Positions 35,292 through 44,313 of a DNA stretch of 64,000 bases are shown piece after piece; position 1 is the first letter of the stretch, and every line of letters starts with the position of its first letter. The notes beneath the pieces were generated by a model, which made no database searches, was not told the DNA's origin, and worked only from the letters and a program-made list of their open reading frames with translations. Location of the stretch: the NCBI GenBank assembly GCA_029260825.1, contig JAJDCM010000382.1, forward strand, positions 1,221 to 65,220, read 5' to 3'. A program made the translations under genes and the position numbers. Source of the DNA: Planctomycetota bacterium (GTDB lineage Bacteria; Planctomycetota; JACOTG01; JAJDCM01).

Positions 35292-35377
35292 GCCCGGGTG
35301 GCGGAATTGGCAGACGCGCTAGATTGAGGGTCTAGTGGCCTTTATTGGCTGTGGGGGTTCAAATCCCCCCCCGGGCA
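35292..35377 (+). tRNA. tRNA-Leu (anticodon GAG), class II with long variable arm; CCA not encoded
   Basis: Acceptor GCCCGGG/CCCGGGC with discriminator A. Anticodon stem CTAGA/TCTAG with loop TTGAGGG. Long variable arm. T-arm GGGGG-TTCAAAT-CCCCC. Confidence 0.85.
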
Positions 35378-36754
35378 CTCCCAAACGGATATCAATCCAC
35401 CTCCGCTCTTGGCTTCGACTCTCCCCACACCCTTCCCGAATCGATATCGAACGTCAGACTGACTCGCGGTTTCGGGAAGCCCGGATGGAACGTTGACCTT
35501 GATTCGCCCCATGTTCGTCACGGCTTGGAGTGTAAGATCTGGCGAATTCGGGAGCTGAAGGTCAATGGGCCCAAAGGATGTCTCCACGACCCAGTCGACC
35601 GGCTTTCCTGCTGATTCAGCAGGAGATGCCCAGCTGGAAAGTGAAATGGAACCGGATCCAGTTCGAGCCCTGACCCGACCCAGATCACCGTCAATGATCA
35701 GGGGGCCGGCCTTGGCCTGAAGGTCGACATCTCCCCGAAACTGGGTGACCGTGACGTCTCCCGACTCTGAAACGCCAACGAGCCGTCCCGAGGAGTTCAG
35801 GATTTCCATCGACCCGGCACCGCTTCGGAGATCGAGTTGAGTCCCGTTCGAGCGATCGACGTGGATGAAGCCCGACCCCGTTTCAACCCAGGTCACTCCA
35901 TGGGTCCCGATCAGGGTCACGTCACCGATGCCCGCGCGCAGAACCGATTTCTCTCCGGTGATATTGTGAGCCTGGAGCGCCCCTCGGTCCGTGATGAGCT
36001 CGACTTCTCCGGCAACGTTCGATGCCTGAATGGTGCCTTCCTGTGTGTGAGCAAGAAGGTGAACGCATTCCAGGTTATCCAGCAGGAAAGAACCCGTCGT
36101 GGCGATCATCTCGACGCGCTCGGCCCTGGATGCCATCAAGCTGCCTCCACCCGAATCGACCTGGCAGCGGATGACCGATCCCGTGATTCGGGCCGCGTCA
36201 ATCTTCCCCTTTCCAACTGCGGCAAGCAGATTTCCTCGAACTCCGGAAACGACGATGTCTCCAACGTTCGTAGCAAGCTCACAGCTGTCGAAAGGGCCAA
36301 GGGCAGTGATCGCCCCCTCGAGCGCCTTCACATTCAAACGAGTGTGATTCGGAACGGTGATGTGGAGATGAATCTCGTACGCCCCGCCATCTTCGACGGT
36401 GGATCCCCCCTGAAGGACGATCGCTCCAAACTCCTCCTCGAGGCGTAGATCGATCTCGTCCAGCCGCTGATTGGCCTCTTCCTCCGATCCGGAGAAAGCG
36501 ATGATTTCAGCAAAGACAGAGAGGGTTGGGTCCGGCGAGGCCACGATCCGAACCCGCCCTCGAGGATTGCGGACCGTGATCGGCGTTCCTGTCGGCAGAG
36601 GGATGTTCAGCTCACGAATTTCTCCGTAGGGTTCCTTTGCCTCGTATTTGAGACCACCCCATGGAAATGAGGCGCAGCCACCGATGCAAAGAGCAAAGAG
36701 CAGGCCAGAAAGAGAAACCAGCAGTCGGGGTCGATGGACGTCGGAATTCGTCAT
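35342..36754 (-). CDS. Lipoprotein with repetitive beta-rich (DUF4097/adhesin-like) C-terminal region
   Basis: Lipobox LFALCIGGC, then repeated G/S/T-rich beta-strand units (GDVTL.., GSGSISL..). The last 11 codons are antisense to the 3' end of tRNA-Leu. Confidence 0.6.
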   Translation of the reverse strand: MTNSDVHRPRLLVSLSGLLFALCIGGCASFPWGGLKYEAKEPYGEIRELNIPLPTGTPITVRNPRGRVRIVASPDPTLSVFAEIIAFSGSEEEANQRLDEIDLRLEEEFGAIVLQGGSTVEDGGAYEIHLHITVPNHTRLNVKALEGAITALGPFDSCELATNVGDIVVSGVRGNLLAAVGKGKIDAARITGSVIRCQVDSGGGSLMASRAERVEMIATTGSFLLDNLECVHLLAHTQEGTIQASNVAGEVELITDRGALQAHNITGEKSVLRAGIGDVTLIGTHGVTWVETGSGFIHVDRSNGTQLDLRSGAGSMEILNSSGRLVGVSESGDVTVTQFRGDVDLQAKAGPLIIDGDLGRVRARTGSGSISLSSWASPAESAGKPVDWVVETSFGPIDLQLPNSPDLTLQAVTNMGRIKVNVPSGLPETASQSDVRYRFGKGVGRVEAKSGGGLISVWECPGGDLNPHSQ

Positions 36755-36880
36755 GATTCACTCGGATTTTGCGTGGAACGCCTACACCAGCTTGGCGGGC
36801 TACAAGAACCTTCGGAATCTTAACCGAAAGGGCTTAAGACGGGATCAAAGTCCGATGACCAGGAATTCGCCCCGGACTTC

Positions 36881-39283
36881 TCAAGGCTCTAACGGTAATG
36901 TCAGGGTAGGACTTACAAGCGGTGGTCCCGAGTCCGGGAAGATCACGGCTTGAAAGAAAATCGGGCGGGATCCAAGCTCCGCTCCGCCATGCATCAGGGC
37001 ATGACGAGGAACGCGAAAAGAAACCTCGGCCAAACCTGTCTCCGAAAGAGGCAGATCCGGACCAAAAACCGTATCGGCGAGAACGCGCTGACGAGGTCCA
37101 ATATCGAGGGGGACACCTTGTGGGGCGAGAACGGATCCAGCATCTTCCACCGATGCTATGAGGACGAAATCGGAGTTTTTCGGCCCGCCGACGCGCAGGG
37201 TCGCCGACTCGCCAACCAAAATACGACTCGGCCCAAAAACTCGGGGCGGAGATTGATAATCAAAGCCACCCGGAATCAGGAGTTCGCCAAAAGCATTGAC
37301 GATCTTGAGATCCACCGGACCGACGTCGGTTGCGAGAGGAGATTCGATCACGCACGAATGATCTCCGGCTTTTTCCAGCACCCGAGTCGACTGACCATCG
37401 ATCAAGACTTCGGTCTCATTGCCAGCAAACCCGCCCCCGGTAAAGGTGATTCTGGAGCCACGAAAGGTGTCGGATGTGGCCGGCTCAATCGACTCGACCC
37501 GGGGCAATCGGGGGACGTGAAGAAACCCTTGAGAAAGAGCCGCCTCATGCAAAAGTTCACCGTGAGGGGTTCCATTCAGGAGGTTTCCGTCGTCATCATC
37601 GAGCAAGAAGACTTCGATCACAAAATCCGGGATACGATTGTTGTTCGCAAGAATCGTGTTGATGACGATTTCTTCGGCAATGACACGCCCCGCGTCTTCC
37701 TGTCTCTTGATGAGTTCCTGACGGACCTTCCAGGCAAATCCCGCCGCCGTCAAACCCACGCAATGAAGTGACTCGCACCGAAGCGCCGGCCATTTCTCGG
37801 TTCTTTCCACCGAACGCAGGGCCTCGGACGTGCCTCGATATCCCTTCCCCATGAGGGGCTGACCGGAGGCGAACGTCGCAACAATATCGGCCAGGCCTTC
37901 GGAGAGGCTCGGGTTCCGAATGCCACCGTAGCGATCATCGGCGAAATGGCCGTACTCATGATAAATGAAGGTCTCGTAGGAGGAGTTCAGGCAGTTTCCA
38001 CCGGCCTGAAGGAAGTTGATCGTATTGGAGACATAAAACGCATTGCATCGACCGGCAAGGTTTACCCGACAGAGAACCGGAAGATCAATCCGGCCCATTT
38101 CAGGGGACACCCCTTTGAGCCAATCATGAACGAACGTGGTCTGAAAGTGAGCGTTCACCTGGGCAAGGGTGCGTTCGTTGATCGAATCCCGGTTGAGGGT
38201 CAGGGAAACTCTGTCACCATCGGAAACCGTGGTGCGCAGCACCAGATTTCCACCCAGAGTGCTGCTTACATCCACCCAGGGTCCTTGTAGCCTGGCAACG
38301 ATCTCGAGAGGACCTGGCCCGGGAAGTTCGAGAACGAAGGAGCCGTCCGGATCGGTGAGGGTCTCGGTTCCGTTCGGAATCCGAACAACCAGGTTGTTCA
38401 TCGAAAGAAGTTGCGGGGGAAACAACGTCGGAGGACCCGTTCCCGAGCCAAATGCGGTCACATGGCCCGATACAGAAGCATCGGCCCGCCGACTCAACAG
38501 ATGGAGAAGACCACCGGTCTGGGCGTCTACAAATGCATCCCAGGAGTCGATCGGATTCGAGTTCTCGGCGGTCACATGAAAAACCAGGAGTGGGCCCTCT
38601 TGGTTTTCCATGGGGTGGATCTTGAGGATCGGATCCTGGGTTAGAACAGGGGTGAACCCCTGGGACATCAACGCATCGAGAACAACGCTTCCAGCTTCCA
38701 CGGCTGCGATGCCGGGAACCAGCGAAGGCGGTGGCCGGAGGGCAACCCCCTCACCGCCAAAAAGAGAAAGGACGCCACTTTCATGAATCCGTAGATCGAC
38801 TTGACTACCCACGACCTCGAGCCCTTCGAGCCGTTGCCGTAAGAGCACGAACCAGAGGTCTCTTCCCCGGGTACAATGAATGAGCTCGCCCTGATCGAGA
38901 TCAAATCCAAGGAGAGATCCGTGGGAAGAGAGAAAGCCTCGAGAGGCCATCAATGCATCTGCTTGGTTTTCAATGGATCCAATCGCGACTCGAATACCGC
39001 TGCCTACTGCGCGCCTCAAGGTTCCGTTTTCGTTCCAATCCGGAATCCAGGGACCGTTGGCCGCGACGAATTGATCCCAGAGATCTTGACGAACTCGAGA
39101 GGAGGACAGAGGCGTGGCGGACGCGACACCCACTTGCAAAAGAAAAAAGAATAGACAGAAGGCGGGCGTGAAGTATTGGCGAGCAATTCGAGTGTGATTC
39201 GGGGAAATCATAGGGCCTCTTAAACCCTCACGAATAACGGTGAGGGTTCTTGAATTGAAGCATGGCGCAACTGAGTTTGTCAA
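36881..39283 (-). CDS. Secreted zinc metalloprotease (HExxH) with C-terminal beta-sandwich domains
   Basis: FIYHEYGHFADDRYGG zinc-binding motif and a signal peptide. The start may be the internal MISPNH.. at 39211. Confidence 0.7.
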   Translation of the reverse strand: MTNSVAPCFNSRTLTVIREGLRGPMISPNHTRIARQYFTPAFCLFFFLLQVGVASATPLSSSRVRQDLWDQFVAANGPWIPDWNENGTLRRAVGSGIRVAIGSIENQADALMASRGFLSSHGSLLGFDLDQGELIHCTRGRDLWFVLLRQRLEGLEVVGSQVDLRIHESGVLSLFGGEGVALRPPPSLVPGIAAVEAGSVVLDALMSQGFTPVLTQDPILKIHPMENQEGPLLVFHVTAENSNPIDSWDAFVDAQTGGLLHLLSRRADASVSGHVTAFGSGTGPPTLFPPQLLSMNNLVVRIPNGTETLTDPDGSFVLELPGPGPLEIVARLQGPWVDVSSTLGGNLVLRTTVSDGDRVSLTLNRDSINERTLAQVNAHFQTTFVHDWLKGVSPEMGRIDLPVLCRVNLAGRCNAFYVSNTINFLQAGGNCLNSSYETFIYHEYGHFADDRYGGIRNPSLSEGLADIVATFASGQPLMGKGYRGTSEALRSVERTEKWPALRCESLHCVGLTAAGFAWKVRQELIKRQEDAGRVIAEEIVINTILANNNRIPDFVIEVFLLDDDDGNLLNGTPHGELLHEAALSQGFLHVPRLPRVESIEPATSDTFRGSRITFTGGGFAGNETEVLIDGQSTRVLEKAGDHSCVIESPLATDVGPVDLKIVNAFGELLIPGGFDYQSPPRVFGPSRILVGESATLRVGGPKNSDFVLIASVEDAGSVLAPQGVPLDIGPRQRVLADTVFGPDLPLSETGLAEVSFRVPRHALMHGGAELGSRPIFFQAVIFPDSGPPLVSPTLTLPLEP

Positions 39284-39351
39284 GAGCAGCCAATCGACCC
39301 GGGAGCCCGGGTCCAGAAGGAGAATCCTGTCATTTTGAGAGGGAGGCTCGA

Positions 39352-39380
39352 TTGTAAGCTGTCGAGTTTTGTACTATAAT
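39352..39380 (+). promoter_or_regulatory. Candidate sigma70 promoter upstream of rpoN (TTGTAA-N17-TATAAT)
   Basis: TTGTAA at 39352-57, a 17-nt spacer, TATAAT at 39375-80. It is 53 nt upstream of the rpoN ATG. Confidence 0.4.
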
Positions 39381-39432
39381 AACTACGGCCGCGGGGGACG
39401 AGCTAAAGTGTTGATCCTTATAGGGTAAAGGC

Positions 39433-40839
39433 ATGAAGATCGATTTATCGCAAAAGCTTCAGATGCGCCAGGAGCTGCGGTTAGCACCGCAGATGATCCA
39501 GGCCATTGAGATTTTGCAGATCCCCGTGGCTGAGCTTCGCGAAAGGATCGATCAAGAGCTCGAAATCAACCCTGTCCTGGAGATTGACGAGCGACCGAAA
39601 GAAACCTCATCAGATTCATCCAAGGAAGAGGCACCAACGCCAGAAGAGCTCAAACGCGAAGAGCGCTACGATGCGATGGACCGCTACCAGGATGACGATT
39701 TTGCCCGGCCATCCCGCCATATAGCGGGGGAGCGTGACCGCAAGCTCGAAGCCATGGCAAACCGAGAATCTCGACCGGAGACTCTTCAGGAACATCTCAT
39801 CCAGCAGGTCCACTTTCTCGATCTTTCTGAAGCGCACAAAGAACTCGCCCAGTTCATCATCAACAACATCAGTTCGACCGGCTACATGCTTTGCACACTC
39901 GACGAGCTGATGGACGCCGTAAAAGGAAAGAACGAATCAGACGATGTCAAAGACGTCCTGGAAGTCGTCCGTTCTCTCGATCCAGCGGGGGTGGGCGCCT
40001 TCGATCCTCGGGACTGTCTGCTTCTCCAAATTGATCGTTATGGACCGCACCGGGATATTGAACGCGATCTCATTTGTGATCATCTGGAAGACATCGAGTA
40101 CAACCGTTTCCCCAAGATCGCCAAAGCCACCGGGCAAGACATGGAGACGATCAAAGCGGCGATCGACTTCATCAAGTCTCTCAATCCTCGCCCCGGGTCA
40201 GCCTTTGGTGGGGAGGAACCTCAGTACATCGTTCCCGACGTCATCGTGGAAGATATCGACGGCCGCTACGAGATCCGGCTAGAAAACAGCTACATTCCCC
40301 CGCTTCGACTGAATTCGGCCTACAAAGGACTTGGCCGGGATAACGAAGCGTATGAATTCCTGAAGCGTAAGCACGAATCGGCCCGGTGGCTCATCGAGTC
40401 CATTCATCAGAGGCAAAATACGTTGCAGAAGATTTGCAGTGACATCTTCCGCATTCAGAAAGACTTCCTCGACAGGGGCCCAAACTTTCTTCACCCCTTG
40501 CGCATGCAAGAGGTGGCGGACAACGTTGGGGTTCATATCTCGACCGTGAGTCGTGCGATCGCGAACAAATACGTCCAGACTCCTCGCGGAATCTCGGCAC
40601 TTCGATCCTTCTTCACCGGAGCTACAAAGAGCCTCAACGGATCGGCTGTCGAATCCCAGGAAAGTGTTCGCCAGAAGCTCCAGGAGATGATCAACAACGA
40701 AGACAAACGATATCCTCTTTCCGACGAAGATATCCGCACCAAGTTCCGTGAGCAGGGAATCGACATCGCTCGCCGAACGATTACAAAGTACCGAAAAGCA
40801 TTGGATATCCCGTCGACGCGTCAGCGCCGTCAATATTGA
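39433..40839 (+). CDS. rpoN: RNA polymerase sigma-54 factor
   Basis: N-terminal activator-interacting region (LRLAPQMIQAIEILQ) and C-terminal RpoN box ARRTITKYR. Confidence 0.9.
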   Translation: MKIDLSQKLQMRQELRLAPQMIQAIEILQIPVAELRERIDQELEINPVLEIDERPKETSSDSSKEEAPTPEELKREERYDAMDRYQDDDFARPSRHIAGERDRKLEAMANRESRPETLQEHLIQQVHFLDLSEAHKELAQFIINNISSTGYMLCTLDELMDAVKGKNESDDVKDVLEVVRSLDPAGVGAFDPRDCLLLQIDRYGPHRDIERDLICDHLEDIEYNRFPKIAKATGQDMETIKAAIDFIKSLNPRPGSAFGGEEPQYIVPDVIVEDIDGRYEIRLENSYIPPLRLNSAYKGLGRDNEAYEFLKRKHESARWLIESIHQRQNTLQKICSDIFRIQKDFLDRGPNFLHPLRMQEVADNVGVHISTVSRAIANKYVQTPRGISALRSFFTGATKSLNGSAVESQESVRQKLQEMINNEDKRYPLSDEDIRTKFREQGIDIARRTITKYRKALDIPSTRQRRQY

Positions 40840-42071
40840 CACCCCATTTCGGGTCCCGCATGAACCATCTCATCGATTCCTTGGCCGTCGAAAGTGACGC
40901 CAAGATCCTCTTTCTCATCCTGGATGGCCTTGGAGGGCTCCCCGATCTTGATCAGGGTGGAACTGAGCTTGAGGTCGCAACAACTCCAAACATGGATGCT
41001 CTTGCCAGGAAATCCGTCTGCGGATTCCTTGATCCAATTCATCCAGGAATCACCTCGGGTAGCGGACCCGGTCATCTTGGCCTCTTTGGCTACGATCCGG
41101 TCGAGACCGACATCGGTCGAGGTCTTCTGGGAGCAGCGGGAGTGGGCTTCCCCCTCACGGATCGAGACCTGGCGATTCGATGCAACTTCTGCAACCTCGA
41201 CGACAAGGGGCACATCACCGATCGTCGCGCAGGAAGAATCGACTCCGAGCTGAACCGGGCAAGATGTTCTGCGATCATGAAGGCGCTGCGTCCGATCGAG
41301 GGGGTCGAAATCTTTCTATCGACCGAAAAGGACCACCGAGCTGTCCTGGTCGTTCGGGGAGACAATCTTTCCGACGATCTTGTTGAAACAGACCCCCAGG
41401 CGACGGGAGTTCCGGCCCGCCATCCAGATCCTCTGAGTGAGGGTGCGAACAAGGCATCGACGGTTCTTGCCGACTTCCTCTCTCAGGTCGGCGAGATCTT
41501 GTCCGGGGAGATGCAAGCGAACTCCCTTCTGCTGCGAGGGTATGCCAAACATCGCCGATTGCCTTCCCTGACCGAACGATTCAAACTGAAGAACCCGCTT
41601 GCCATGGCAACCATGCCCATGTACCTGGGAATTGGTCGGCTCATCGGAATGGAACCGGTCGAGGGCTTGGGGACCATTGAAGAAGAAGTTGAGGCACTGC
41701 GGGAACATTTTCATGAAGAGCGGGATTTCTTCTTTCTCCACGTGAAGAAAACAGATAGCTACGGAGAAGACGGGAACTTCGACGCGAAGAAGAAAGTCAT
41801 CGAAGAGGTTGATCGACTCCTTCCAGACATTCTGGCTCTGTCTCCCTCGGTGCTCGTCATCACCGGCGATCACTCGACACCATCCCAGATGCGAGCCCAC
41901 AGCTTTCATCCAAGTCCGGTTCTCATCGCCAGCGACCTTGCGCGAGTGGACGGTGCGACACAATTCGGGGAGACCGCCTGCATCACGGGTGGTCTCGGTC
42001 GAAATCGGGCCCAAGACCTCATGGGGCTCAGCCTCGCCCACGCAGGACGGCTCAGAAAGTTCGGGGCGTAA
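40836..42071 (+). CDS. apgM: Cofactor-independent phosphoglycerate mutase, archaeal type
   Basis: ILFLILDGLGG...TPNMDA...GSGPGHLGLFGYDP. 4-nt overlap with rpoN. Confidence 0.8.
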   Translation: MTPHFGSRMNHLIDSLAVESDAKILFLILDGLGGLPDLDQGGTELEVATTPNMDALARKSVCGFLDPIHPGITSGSGPGHLGLFGYDPVETDIGRGLLGAAGVGFPLTDRDLAIRCNFCNLDDKGHITDRRAGRIDSELNRARCSAIMKALRPIEGVEIFLSTEKDHRAVLVVRGDNLSDDLVETDPQATGVPARHPDPLSEGANKASTVLADFLSQVGEILSGEMQANSLLLRGYAKHRRLPSLTERFKLKNPLAMATMPMYLGIGRLIGMEPVEGLGTIEEEVEALREHFHEERDFFFLHVKKTDSYGEDGNFDAKKKVIEEVDRLLPDILALSPSVLVITGDHSTPSQMRAHSFHPSPVLIASDLARVDGATQFGETACITGGLGRNRAQDLMGLSLAHAGRLRKFGA

Positions 42072-42074
42072 AAG

Positions 42075-43310
42075 GTGGAACAGCCGGGCGGGGAGCTCAG
42101 AAACCCTCTTGCCAGGCAGTACCTCACCCGCGACATTCCCCGGGTTCATGGAGTCTTGAAAGTCGTCCCAGAAGATTTCCTGGTTGATGAGGTCCCCCAG
42201 TATCCTCCCTCAGGAAAGGGAGACCTGCTCTTTCTTCGCATCTCAAAACGGGGTCTTTCCACGTTCCAGGCCATCCGCCTTCTGGCACGCACGCTCGACA
42301 TCCCCGAGAGGCATGTGGGCTATGCCGGATTGAAGGACGCTAGAGCGGTTACCAGCCAGATGGTCTCGGTGCCTGTTGCTACTCGCCCTCGGGTGGAGAC
42401 CATGAGGATTCCGGGAATCCGCGTGCTCTCCATCGATCGCCACCACCAAAAGCTCAAGATCGGGCACCTCAAAGGCAATCGCTTTCGAATCCGGGTCCGT
42501 CGGACGCGTGCCGATGAGCGAGAACGCTTCTTTCAGGTTCTCGAGGTTTTGAAGTCAGAGGGGGTGCCCAATTATTTTGGCCGACAGAGATTCGGTTTTC
42601 GCGCCAATTCTCACATCCTGGGCCGAGCGATCCTCACGTATGACTATCCAACCTTCCTCGAAAACTTCCTGGGAAAGGCCCATCGGCGAGAGGACGAGAC
42701 ATGCAAGGAAGCCCGAGGACACTACGATCAGGGAGATTACCCCGCGGCCATCAATGCGTTTCTCCCTCGGTTTACCAACGAAGCCAAAGCCATCACCATG
42801 CTGGCAAAAACCGGAGATCCGCGACTGGCGTACAACGCGATCCCCCGAAAAACTCGCCAGTTCTTCGTCTCTGCCTATCAGTCGTATCTCTTCAACTGCT
42901 ATCTCGATCGCCGGGTGAACCACCTCAATCGATTGGAGACCGGCGACCTCATCATCCGGCATTCTCGGGGTGATCTCTTTGCTGTACTCGACCCTCCTGT
43001 CTGGGTGAAAGCGATGCGCAACTTCGAGGTCAGTGCCACCGGCCCGATCTTCGGGGGATACATGCGATTTCCCCGGGGACCGAGGAGGGTTTTTGAGGAG
43101 GAGCTACTTGCCAGTGAATCCCTCACACCGGGGAGTTTTCTGGCCATTGACGGGTTTATCGAGCGGGGAGCAAGACGTCCCCTTCGTTTTCCTGTCCATG
43201 AATTGGAAGTCTGGTTCGGGGAAAACGAAGCGTTCCTTTCTTTCTACCTGCCAAAAGGATGCTACGCCACCTCCGTCTTTGACGAGTTATTCAAGGAGGG
43301 GGATGTTTAG
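42075..43310 (+). CDS. truD: tRNA pseudouridine(13) synthase
   Basis: GYAGLKDARAVTSQ and NYFGRQRFG motifs. Confidence 0.85.
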   Translation: MEQPGGELRNPLARQYLTRDIPRVHGVLKVVPEDFLVDEVPQYPPSGKGDLLFLRISKRGLSTFQAIRLLARTLDIPERHVGYAGLKDARAVTSQMVSVPVATRPRVETMRIPGIRVLSIDRHHQKLKIGHLKGNRFRIRVRRTRADERERFFQVLEVLKSEGVPNYFGRQRFGFRANSHILGRAILTYDYPTFLENFLGKAHRREDETCKEARGHYDQGDYPAAINAFLPRFTNEAKAITMLAKTGDPRLAYNAIPRKTRQFFVSAYQSYLFNCYLDRRVNHLNRLETGDLIIRHSRGDLFAVLDPPVWVKAMRNFEVSATGPIFGGYMRFPRGPRRVFEEELLASESLTPGSFLAIDGFIERGARRPLRFPVHELEVWFGENEAFLSFYLPKGCYATSVFDELFKEGDV

Positions 43311-43413
43311 TCCCGGCGACCTCCGAAACCAGGCCTCAAACGGACCGGTTTTTGCTTCAGGAAGCACCATTGGCGACTGGATCATTCCAAACCCCGTGAG
43401 AGATAAACCTTCC

Positions 43414-43770
43414 ATGATCTGCCACGCAGAGCGACGAAAGTTCCCGAGAATGGGCCGAGAGTACCCGGTCATCGTGCGCTGGGACACCCGAGGAAAAGGC
43501 TCCCACACCGCAGCACGAACCGCAAATGTAGGAGCAGGGGGGATCCTCCTCATCGAGGAATCGTCGAAGGATGTCCACGTGGGGGAGCCCGTCACCCTGG
43601 TCATTGAAGTTCCTGCGCCCGGGGGATCAAGACATCAAAAGCTCCATCTCCGGGGTTCGGGTAGAGTCGTGCGCCAAAACGGAAGCGATGCGCCATCGGG
43701 AGCGGTTCGGGTGGTCGCCATCATGTTCGACCGCCCCTTATCCCTCGAGAATCCCGTAACCGTCTCGTAG
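43414..43770 (+). CDS. PilZ-domain (c-di-GMP-binding) protein
   Basis: RRKFPR (RxxxR) and NVGAGGILL (D/NxSxxG-like) motifs. ATG at 43414 has an RBS. The track ORF start at 43033 overlaps truD. Confidence 0.6.
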   Translation: MICHAERRKFPRMGREYPVIVRWDTRGKGSHTAARTANVGAGGILLIEESSKDVHVGEPVTLVIEVPAPGGSRHQKLHLRGSGRVVRQNGSDAPSGAVRVVAIMFDRPLSLENPVTVS

Positions 43771-43778
43771 CCCGCGGT

Positions 43779-43945
43779 CTAGCAGCCCGTTGACAAAGTC
43801 AGATTTCGCCGAGGACAGCCCTTTCAGCCCAGCTCTGCGTCGCCGAAAAGCACAAGAATCAACCAATTCGAGTCCGTTCCGGCTTCTTGATCTGAACCGA
43901 AATGACTCGCCCTCGTCAAAAAGCACTTTATCAACGGGCTGCTAG
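43779..43945. repeat. 21-bp near-perfect inverted repeats (CTAGCAGCCCGTTGAcAAAGT / ACTTTaTCAACGGGCTGCTAG) flanking a 125-bp spacer in a convergent intergenic region
   Basis: Left arm 43779-43799 and right arm 43925-43945 match 20 of 21. The arms abut or overlap the stop codons of the pilZ gene and the small minus-strand ORF. Each arm carries an inward-facing TTGACA or TTGATA hexamer. Confidence 0.6.
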
Positions 43946-44235
43946 GTCAGATCCTCCGGAATCTCCTCTCGGTCGTCCGACTCGGATGGAGAGGCGCCGT
44001 TCTCCACCTTGCTGTACCCAAGACTCTTCAAGATGCTCAGTACCTCTCGCCAGGTGGGAAAAGGACGTACATTCTTGCGCTTGAAGTCGTCAATCGCCTT
44101 GAGGAAAGCGAGCTCTTCAGCTGTCATATCTCCGGTAATGGTTGGAGATGCAGCAAGTGACTTCTTGTTTTTTCGGACCTTTTTGGTCACTTTGCGCTTC
44201 GAAGGCTTTTCTGGGGTCGGACTGGATTCAAGCAT
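43942..44235 (-). CDS. Small basic hypothetical protein (Lys-rich N-terminus, acidic C-tail)
   Basis: 97-aa ORF with plausible composition (AEELAFLKAIDDFKRKNVRPFPTWREVLSILKSLGY). No recognisable family. Confidence 0.4.
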   Translation of the reverse strand: MLESSPTPEKPSKRKVTKKVRKNKKSLAASPTITGDMTAEELAFLKAIDDFKRKNVRPFPTWREVLSILKSLGYSKVENGASPSESDDREEIPEDLT

Positions 44236-44313
44236 CCACCAAGCTCCTGATCACTGGGGGAAAGGCTGTTTGGCTCGTTGATTCGGTGTCCTGTGCAGGA
44301 CACGCCACAAGGC

